A DNA stretch of 64,000 nucleotides from Escherichia phage AV111: the sequence record OR352941.1; one strand, written 5' to 3'. The translations under genes were made by a program, and so were the position numbers. This document shows positions 58,157-64,000 of this stretch, one piece after another (within the stretch, counting starts at the first letter, position 1; every line of letters starts with the position of its first letter). The notes beneath the pieces were generated by a model. The model had not been told where the DNA came from. It ran no database searches and was given only the letters and a program-made list of their open reading frames with translations.

Positions 58157-58346
58157 TTACAAAGATTGCTTTGTCACCATTTATATCTGTGACTTCATAT
58201 GTAGTGCCTTCATACTGTGGAATATTCCAAATTACACCGTCATTAGCTTTTACGCTAATATGGCATTAGTGTTTTGAAACAACTTCATAATCTTCAAAAC
58301 TTGTAAAAACACTAATTTTAGAACCAGTGCAAATTGCAGTAGTCAT
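58149..58346 (-). pseudogene. small ORF interrupted by an in-frame TAA (26 codons, stop, 37 codons)
   Basis: Hand-translated MTTAICTGSKISVFTSFEDYEVVSKH*CHISVKANDGVIWNIPQYEGTTYEVTDINGDKAIFVID*; stop is plus-strand tta at 58266-58268. Confidence 0.3.
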
Positions 58347-58347
58347 T

Positions 58348-59007
58348 TTAACCTCGATTCATAAATGCATTAAATATTTGGTCATCAACAGAAATTTCTA
58401 ATTCAACTTCAATTGCTTCAGCCTTTTCTTCAGGTGGTAATTCGTATCCACACACTACAATTTTTTCATCGATATCAAAATATACAGAAGCAATACGATT
58501 AATGTTACTTTCAGTTAAGTCTAAATCAACATCAACATCTTTTTGACCTACGCTTAAAGGATAACTAATACGAGTTATTTTATTATCTTTAACAAAGAGT
58601 CCACCAACATACTCTGTGCTACGTTTGAAGTTTACACGTTTCCGAATTGAAAGATATGATACATCTTTACCGTGAGCTCGGCTCATAGGACATAATGAAT
58701 AGCTAGAATAAGAGATGTCAAATCCTACACCTTCAATATGAGCCAACGTGTCATGATTAAACCAATTATAATCATATGCCAAATCCATTATATTGTAATA
58801 TGTGAAAGGCACAGGATTAACATCATATGTTGTACCTTTAAAATCTGCCCAGGCAACGATTTCGTTATCTTTAACAATTACAAAAATTACACCAATATGG
58901 TATCCGTTATTATTTTCATTCGGCGTTATATTATAACATTGTGCATTAGGAAATTTACCATATTTAAATGGCGCGTTTTTGTGCATATAATAAATCATAT
59001 TATTCAC
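58348..59007 (-). CDS. hypothetical protein, 219 aa (61.2 position)
   Basis: ORF track. Confidence 0.5.
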   Translation of the reverse strand: MNNMIYYMHKNAPFKYGKFPNAQCYNITPNENNNGYHIGVIFVIVKDNEIVAWADFKGTTYDVNPVPFTYYNIMDLAYDYNWFNHDTLAHIEGVGFDISYSSYSLCPMSRAHGKDVSYLSIRKRVNFKRSTEYVGGLFVKDNKITRISYPLSVGQKDVDVDLDLTESNINRIASVYFDIDEKIVVCGYELPPEEKAEAIEVELEISVDDQIFNAFMNRG

Positions 59008-59293
59008 CTGTGATTTCGGTTACGATATCTTTGTTATCGAAATTAGGGTCACAATACAAAACATAGTTGTACTGCATGATACCGCCAGACTTAAGTTGTT
59101 CAACAACTTTATTAACCATATTAGGACGGTCTCGTTTAGTGATGTTCATGATATCAGAGAAGATTTGTTGTTCAACATCTTCTTGATTTGCAGTCATTGA
59201 CCACTCACAGAGGTCTTTATCATAACCTGCCGTAACTGGAGCCGGTGCACATGATACTGCAAGTAAGATTGCTGCCAATGATAACTTTTTCAT
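59000..59293 (-). CDS. sp: probable Spackle (periplasmic lysozyme inhibitor / superinfection exclusion), 97 aa
   Basis: Cleavable signal peptide MKKLSLAAILLAVSCAPA; length and position match T4 sp (61.3). Confidence 0.55.
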   Translation of the reverse strand: MKKLSLAAILLAVSCAPAPVTAGYDKDLCEWSMTANQEDVEQQIFSDIMNITKRDRPNMVNKVVEQLKSGGIMQYNYVLYCDPNFDNKDIVTEITGE

Positions 59294-59314
59294 TTTAACT
59301 CCTTAGTTGATTTG

Positions 59315-59352
59315 ATAGGACTACTATACCATAGTCCATCTATAATGTAAAC
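59315..59352 (-). promoter_or_regulatory. T4-type early promoter, -10 flanked by GGACTA / TAGTCC inverted repeat
   Basis: plus-strand gtaaac 59347-59352; tgataggactactatacc 59312-59329. Confidence 0.4.
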
Positions 59353-59356
59353 AAGT

Positions 59357-59605
59357 TTATTCTTTTTCGCGAATAATAATTACTTGTTGAGGCTGCTGAG
59401 CAGATTTCTTTTCGGCGACGATAGACCAAATTAAAGTTCCAATCCAACCAATCATCGTCCAGTTAAAGAGTAAAGATACAAAGAAGATTGCTGTTGTGCT
59501 TTTTGTGCCACGAATAAGTGCGATTACCCAAGGCAACATGTAAATGATGATTGAACCAATACCTGCGATTAAAACTGCTACTGAACTAGCTACGAATAAT
59601 TCCAT
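59357..59605 (-). CDS. small two-TM membrane protein, 82 aa; resembles the superinfection-immunity (Imm) family
   Basis: Two hydrophobic helices; FNWTMIGWIGTLIW resembles the N..GW...W signature I associate with Imm-type proteins. Confidence 0.4.
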   Translation of the reverse strand: MELFVASSVAVLIAGIGSIIIYMLPWVIALIRGTKSTTAIFFVSLLFNWTMIGWIGTLIWSIVAEKKSAQQPQQVIIIREKE

Positions 59606-59630
59606 GTTAATTTCCTCTTGATTTGTTATG

Positions 59631-59663
59631 TTTATAGTATCTTGTTTTAACTTTGGTGTAAAC
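59631..59663 (-). promoter_or_regulatory. T4-type early promoter
   Basis: plus-strand gtaaac 59658-59663; tttatagtatc 59631-59641. Confidence 0.4.
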
Positions 59664-59666
59664 CAA

Positions 59667-60035
59667 TTAATTAAATTTGTTTAAACGTTCAATACACTGG
59701 ACGTAGTTATTCGCGATTTGTTTCTGGGTAGGCTCTTTACCAGTTGTTTCAACATAGCGAATGAATGCGATTTCAGTAGCCTGTAGACAATGTTCTTTAA
59801 CGCGTTGTTCTTTTGACAATGCTACGGTATCAGAGTCACGATAACGTTGAGCATGGGCATCAGCTTGAATCATTCGATTACCTACAGTAACCGGGTCTTC
59901 CACTTCAACTTTAGGTTGGTCGTACTGTTTAACATTCGGATTGTAAATCAATTGGCCGACGTTATTAGGGATAAAGCCATGGGCACCACATCCGGTTAAT
60001 CCAAATACCATTGCTAAAGCGATTAATTTTTTCAT
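59667..60035 (-). CDS. putative lipoprotein, 122 aa
   Basis: Signal peptide with lipobox LTGC. Confidence 0.5.
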   Translation of the reverse strand: MKKLIALAMVFGLTGCGAHGFIPNNVGQLIYNPNVKQYDQPKVEVEDPVTVGNRMIQADAHAQRYRDSDTVALSKEQRVKEHCLQATEIAFIRYVETTGKEPTQKQIANNYVQCIERLNKFN

Positions 60036-60062
60036 TTCAATTTCCTCTGTAGTTGATAGAAA

Positions 60063-60093
60063 GATAGTAACACAGTATGTGGTGCTTGTAAAC
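60063..60093 (-). promoter_or_regulatory. T4-type early promoter
   Basis: plus-strand gtaaac 60088-60093; agatagtaacac 60063-60074. Confidence 0.4.
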
Positions 60094-60095
60094 AG

Positions 60096-60347
60096 CTATT
60101 TTAAACTTTTTCGAAATTTGCGTTTTTCTTGACGAATCTGTCGTTTAGTCGGACGTACAGCAAATTTAACGAAGTCTACTTTGCCGTGTGGAAACTTTTC
60201 AGATGCTTCGCAGTCCATCATTAGTTCCCATCCTTCCAGAATAAGAGCTTTCCATTGTGTAGTTGATGCAAATTCGTATGTTGATGGTTTAAACACAGTT
60301 GAATACATATTATCCTCTGAAATCAGCTTCAAAAACTTTCTCGTCAT
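60096..60347 (-). CDS. hypothetical protein, 83 aa (61.4 position)
   Basis: ORF track. Confidence 0.45.
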   Translation of the reverse strand: MTRKFLKLISEDNMYSTVFKPSTYEFASTTQWKALILEGWELMMDCEASEKFPHGKVDFVKFAVRPTKRQIRQEKRKFRKSLK

Positions 60348-60501
60348 TAATAAATGCTTTAACTAATGCATTGTTCACTTCAGCAAGTTGTACCGTAACC
60401 CACTCGATTTCTTCGCGATCACCTGATAACATGATATCTTTAGTGAACATCTCACCGCTTTTAAACCAACCGATAAAAGTAACTTTAGTTAATTTGCTCA
60501 T
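60310..60501 (-). CDS. small protein, about 63 aa; size and position fit the T4 dmd (61.5) antitoxin slot
   Basis: Start at ATG 60499-60501 overlapping the upstream stop (ATGA); identity to Dmd not verified. Confidence 0.4.
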   Translation of the reverse strand: MSKLTKVTFIGWFKSGEMFTKDIMLSGDREEIEWVTVQLAEVNNALVKAFINDEKVFEADFRG

Positions 60502-60815
60502 ATTTCCTCGCAAAAGGCCCATTCAGCGTGATAAACTGTAGCACCTTTAGTATTATTCATTTGAACTACGTCTACCGGAGAAATTACTCGATAGAGACGT
60601 GGTTCACCTCCATAAGAGCGTGCTGCTCGTCCTGCATAAATCTTTGCTAAACCGATATCTTCAGTAAAGAATACACGATCCAAGTTTTTCTTACGTCCAG
60701 TTTCAGACAGAACTCCTGTTTCTTCAGGAGGACAAAGCATGTTTTCGATGTTAGCTGAACTACTTGAACCGTGATAAAAAATCTTAAATTCTGCTTTACA
60801 ATCGATGGTTTTCAT
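60498..60815 (-). CDS. hypothetical protein, 105 aa
   Basis: ORF track. Confidence 0.5.
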   Translation of the reverse strand: MKTIDCKAEFKIFYHGSSSSANIENMLCPPEETGVLSETGRKKNLDRVFFTEDIGLAKIYAGRAARSYGGEPRLYRVISPVDVVQMNNTKGATVYHAEWAFCEEI

Positions 60816-60822
60816 TTTGTTC

Positions 60823-60870
60823 TCCAGTAGTTGATAGGTCTATAATAACACAACTACTGGAGAAGTAAAC
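60823..60870 (-). promoter_or_regulatory. T4-type early promoter with 10-bp perfect inverted repeat (TCTCCAGTAG / CTACTGGAGA) flanking the -10
   Basis: arms 60822-60831 and 60853-60862; ggtctataataac 60838-60850; gtaaac 60865-60870. Confidence 0.5.
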
Positions 60871-61245
60871 TTAAAAACGTAATTTAGATATATCCGCGTT
60901 GATTTCGTTTTGGTTTGCGTCGTATGCAATTAAACGAACCGCTTTAGATGGGTCATTCAATGCATAGAAATGATGGAACATTGCTCGAACGATATCACCA
61001 TTTACGAGTTCTACCTGGATAGGAGAACCTTTTTCGAGTTGGAAATGTTCATAAGCTTTGATGGTTCGTAGATAATCAAGTTTTTGATTTCCAGCTCCAA
61101 CTATTTGTACGATACGTTTGCCTGTGTTTTCCATATGAGATACAATAGTTTTAGGAGCAAGAATAACGTAGGTTGCCAGCGGAGAAACTACTTCAACAGT
61201 TGTGTTTTCGGTGATTGCAGTAAAAATTGCTTGAGACATATTCAT
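60871..61245 (-). CDS. hypothetical protein, 124 aa
   Basis: ORF track. Confidence 0.5.
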   Translation of the reverse strand: MNMSQAIFTAITENTTVEVVSPLATYVILAPKTIVSHMENTGKRIVQIVGAGNQKLDYLRTIKAYEHFQLEKGSPIQVELVNGDIVRAMFHHFYALNDPSKAVRLIAYDANQNEINADISKLRF

Positions 61246-61271
61246 AATGTTTTCCTCTTGGTTTGTGTAAG

Positions 61272-61304
61272 TACATCATATCATGCCTAGAGGAAGATGT
61301 AAAC
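61272..61304 (-). promoter_or_regulatory. T4-type early promoter
   Basis: plus-strand gtaaac 61299-61304; near-inverted repeat cctcttgg / cctagagg flanking the -10. Confidence 0.35.
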
Positions 61305-61305
61305 C

Positions 61306-61330
61306 CCGAAAGGAGACCGAAGTCTCCTTT
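61306..61330 (-). terminator. hairpin GGAGAC-UUCG-GUCUCC 3' of gene 41
   Basis: aggagaccgaagtctcct at 61311-61328 directly after the gene 41 stop. Confidence 0.5.
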
Positions 61331-61333
61331 TTA

Positions 61334-62776
61334 TTAAAATTTTAACTCATTGGCTAAGCTATCTAGGTCAGCACGTGTTGCTTTGGCTTTACCTACGCGT
61401 TCCGTACGATTCACCTCTGCCTGACGCATCTGAGCACCTGCGTTTTCATTTACTGTGTTAGGTGTGTTCATGCCTTCTTGCTCAATCTCAACCCATTTCT
61501 GATTGCCTTTACGTACACCCATCAGGAATTTATTCCACTTATTCTTATCGCCGTATCGTGATTTGATTTGTTTGATAAGTTGTTGTTCAGCTTGTGCAAG
61601 TTCTTCGGTTTCAATTACAGCCAACATGAAATCTGCCGTTGCTGGTAAACCTGCTGATTCTGCGATATCACTCATGTTCATGTCTGAAGCATCCCATGCT
61701 GCACGTCCTACTTGAGCTGCAGTCCATAGAACTGTTTCAGATTCTACTGCTAATGCACGAAGTTCTTCTGCGATAGCTTTAACTAATGTGTAGCTATTTT
61801 CAGTGTAAACTCTGATACGACAAGACCCACAAATACCTAAGTAATCAACCATGATTACAGACGGCACAAAGTTCTTCTTAAGTTTTAACTCATTAAGCAA
61901 TGCACGAAATGTATTAGCATTAGCTCCACCAGTAGGATACTGTTTAACTACTAAACGTCCTAATGTGGATTTTGAACGCCATTTTTCCATCTTGGCTTTA
62001 TATTCAGCATAAGATACGTTACCATCATCGATATCATCGAGTGATACGTCAAGCATGTTTGCATCTATACGCTTAGCACAAACTTCTTCAGCCATTTCCA
62101 TGGAAATATAAAGAACATTATGACCTGTTTGAAGATAATCTGCAGCAAGTGAACAAAGGCCTAAAGATTTACCGACGTTAACACCAGCCATTAAAACGTT
62201 TAGTGTACCTGTTTCAGCACCACCTTTGGTGATTTTATTCAAAATGTTTAATTTGAACGGGACCTTACGTGCTTTATTTAGATAAGAAAGCCAGCGTGCT
62301 TCGTAGTCTTCCATCCAGTCGTGTCCAACATAACTATCGAACGAAATTGAAAGTGCTTGACGCATAATATCAGGAATAGCTCCTACGTCAGGCATTTTCT
62401 TGTTACGTTGTTCTGGAGGTAGTTCAGCATTAGACTGAATCTCAATGATTTTGGATGTAGCATTATACATCGCTTTTTGCTGGACATATTTCTCAGTTTC
62501 TTTAACCAACCATTCGTGGTCTTCAGGAGTATCAGCCAATTTTTCAATTAGGTCTGAAGTTCCTTTATATTCGGCTTCAGTTAAAGAACTGTTATCTAAA
62601 GCCACCTTTAACGCATTGATAGATGGCATTGCATTATATTCGTTAACGTGGCTCTTTATAATTTTAAAGACATTTTTTGCCGGTCCACGCTCAAAATACT
62701 CAGAATCCATATAAGGCCAGACCTTAGAAAAATAAGCCTGGTCATATACGAGATGAGACAAAATAATTTCTACCAC
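61334..62776 (-). CDS. 41: replicative DNA helicase gp41 (DnaB-like), 480 aa
   Basis: Walker A GVNVGKS, DnaB-family C-terminal RecA-like fold; position next to 61. Confidence 0.9.
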   Translation of the reverse strand: MVEIILSHLVYDQAYFSKVWPYMDSEYFERGPAKNVFKIIKSHVNEYNAMPSINALKVALDNSSLTEAEYKGTSDLIEKLADTPEDHEWLVKETEKYVQQKAMYNATSKIIEIQSNAELPPEQRNKKMPDVGAIPDIMRQALSISFDSYVGHDWMEDYEARWLSYLNKARKVPFKLNILNKITKGGAETGTLNVLMAGVNVGKSLGLCSLAADYLQTGHNVLYISMEMAEEVCAKRIDANMLDVSLDDIDDGNVSYAEYKAKMEKWRSKSTLGRLVVKQYPTGGANANTFRALLNELKLKKNFVPSVIMVDYLGICGSCRIRVYTENSYTLVKAIAEELRALAVESETVLWTAAQVGRAAWDASDMNMSDIAESAGLPATADFMLAVIETEELAQAEQQLIKQIKSRYGDKNKWNKFLMGVRKGNQKWVEIEQEGMNTPNTVNENAGAQMRQAEVNRTERVGKAKATRADLDSLANELKF

Positions 62777-62785
62777 GATAACTCC

Positions 62786-63127
62786 TTAAAAGAATTTAAA
62801 TTTTTTCTTGGTTCGTTCATTAAAAGCTTGTTGTACTTGCATTGTAACACATTTTTCAACATGTGGTGCAAGTTCTGCTTTTCTGTCCTGGTCAAGAACT
62901 GCAAAGTCCATTACGATTTTACCACCAACCCAGTCTAGTTTTGTAATATAGACTATATGATGGGAACCGTCTTCAAGTGTAATCAGAATCTCTTGAATGA
63001 CATTTTCCATTGCTGAACGGATAATTTTAAGAGATTCATTAAACACTCGTTCTTTGCGAATGTCCTCCCCTTCCGAAGAAGGGGATTCATCAACGATTTC
63101 TAGATTTAAATCATCGAGATTATTCAT
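62786..63127 (-). CDS. hypothetical protein, about 113 aa (gene 40 position)
   Basis: Start placed at ATG 63125-63127 (MNNLDDL...) just after the uvsX stop; the longer track ORF would overlap uvsX. Confidence 0.45.
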   Translation of the reverse strand: MNNLDDLNLEIVDESPSSEGEDIRKERVFNESLKIIRSAMENVIQEILITLEDGSHHIVYITKLDWVGGKIVMDFAVLDQDRKAELAPHVEKCVTMQVQQAFNERTKKKFKFF

Positions 63128-64000
63128 CGAAATCTTCCATTTCGTCAAGGTCGTTTTCAATATCTGCTGCAGACGGAGCATCAGAAGTTTTAACCGGAAC
63201 TTTAGTTGTTGCTTTGCAATTAATAAGGTCATTAACAGCGTCATCAACTTCTTTAATAGAAGAGATAGCACCTAGTTTATATTTAGTTTCAATTGCATCT
63301 CGGAAAGGCTTATGTTTAAACAACGGCCCCCAGAATTCTACACAATCAGTAGCTTTAGCACGCCATGATTTCTCTTCACGAATCATTTCGCCTGTTTCTT
63401 CGTCAAGGAATTCGCGAGCATACCAACCGGCTTTAGGCTTAACCACAAAACCGATTTCAGTTGCCATTTCTAGCAAGCCGCTGAATGGGTCGATACCACC
63501 ATCAAAATTAACCGTGATCGGGAAAGTAGATTTCTCTTTAACTGTACGAGATTTTTCTGCTTTCAACGTGAAGTCATAACCGGTCAATTCTGTACCTTCT
63601 TTAACCTGACGTTTAGAGATAAAAAATACCGTGTTGGCAGAATAAAGAATACCTGTACCACCACCCATAATCTCTTTAGGATATAGTCCGCCGATTTCCA
63701 TTGCTGTATGGTTGATTGCAACACATGGAATATCTTTAATAGTCAGATAAGGAGTCACAATGCGGAACAGAGATTTAAGTGCCTTAGCACGAGACATATC
63801 ACCTACAACTTTCTCGTTCAACGCATCTTCGGTTTCTTTCTTAGATGCAGTATTACCGATTGAATCGATAAAGATAATAACTTTATCACCGCGTTCAATC
63901 GCGTCAAGCTGATTAGTCATATCAACTTTAAGTTGTTCGACAGATTGAATCGGAGTATGAACTACACGGTCTAAATCAACACCCATTGAACGAAAATAAG
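63120..64000 (-). CDS. uvsX: UvsX recombinase (RecA-like), C-terminal part; N-terminus lies beyond the window end
   Basis: …VVHTPIQSVEQLK… and …VIIFIDSIGN… RecA-core strands, acidic C-terminal tail; frame remains open to position 64000. Confidence 0.85.
   Translation of the reverse strand, partial: YFRSMGVDLDRVVHTPIQSVEQLKVDMTNQLDAIERGDKVIIFIDSIGNTASKKETEDALNEKVVGDMSRAKALKSLFRIVTPYLTIKDIPCVAINHTAMEIGGLYPKEIMGGGTGILYSANTVFFISKRQVKEGTELTGYDFTLKAEKSRTVKEKSTFPITVNFDGGIDPFSGLLEMATEIGFVVKPKAGWYAREFLDEETGEMIREEKSWRAKATDCVEFWGPLFKHKPFRDAIETKYKLGAISSIKEVDDAVNDLINCKATTKVPVKTSDAPSAADIENDLDEMEDFDE

Overview
This window reads as a contiguous segment of a T4-like (Tevenvirinae / Tequatrovirus-type) myophage genome, in the same orientation and gene order as phage T4. 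All calls rest on reading the supplied translations and DNA by eye; no database search or alignment was run. From left to right: a minus-strand early block (rIII, 31, cd, pseT, alc, rnlA/63, denA, nrdB, nrdA, td, frd, 32, 59, 33, dsbA, rnh); a plus-strand late block (long tail fibre genes 34-35-36-37, adhesin 38, holin t); then a second minus-strand early block (asiA, motA, 52, ndd, denB, rIIB, rIIA, 39, dexA, dda, srd-like, modA/modB, late gene soc, 56, 61, a spackle-containing small-ORF cluster, 41, 40-like, uvsX partial). Departures from the T4 reference layout are the main interest: (1) nrdA is split into two ORFs by an inserted HNH endonuclease gene; (2) nrdB carries a group I intron with a full-length I-TevIII-like ORF, and its splice junctions could be placed to the nucleotide; (3) a third HNH endonuclease ORF reads in frame, without a stop, into gene 56 (dCTPase); (4) a class I DAHP synthase gene sits directly upstream of cd; (5) a GT-B-like glycosyltransferase and a fourth HNH ORF lie between rIIA.1 and gene 39; (6) gp37 ends in an S74-type auto-processing chaperone domain followed by a glycine-rich T2-type gp38; (7) td is intron-less and topoisomerase gene 39 is one unsplit ORF; (8) about 25 early promoters (GTTTAC-N17-TAnnAT) recur upstream of minus-strand genes, many with the -10 element flanked by short covarying inverted repeats. 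No rRNA, tRNA, CRISPR array or transposon was seen. ORF-track starts appear to include non-ATG codons, so several starts were moved to the first ATG with a Shine-Dalgarno sequence.
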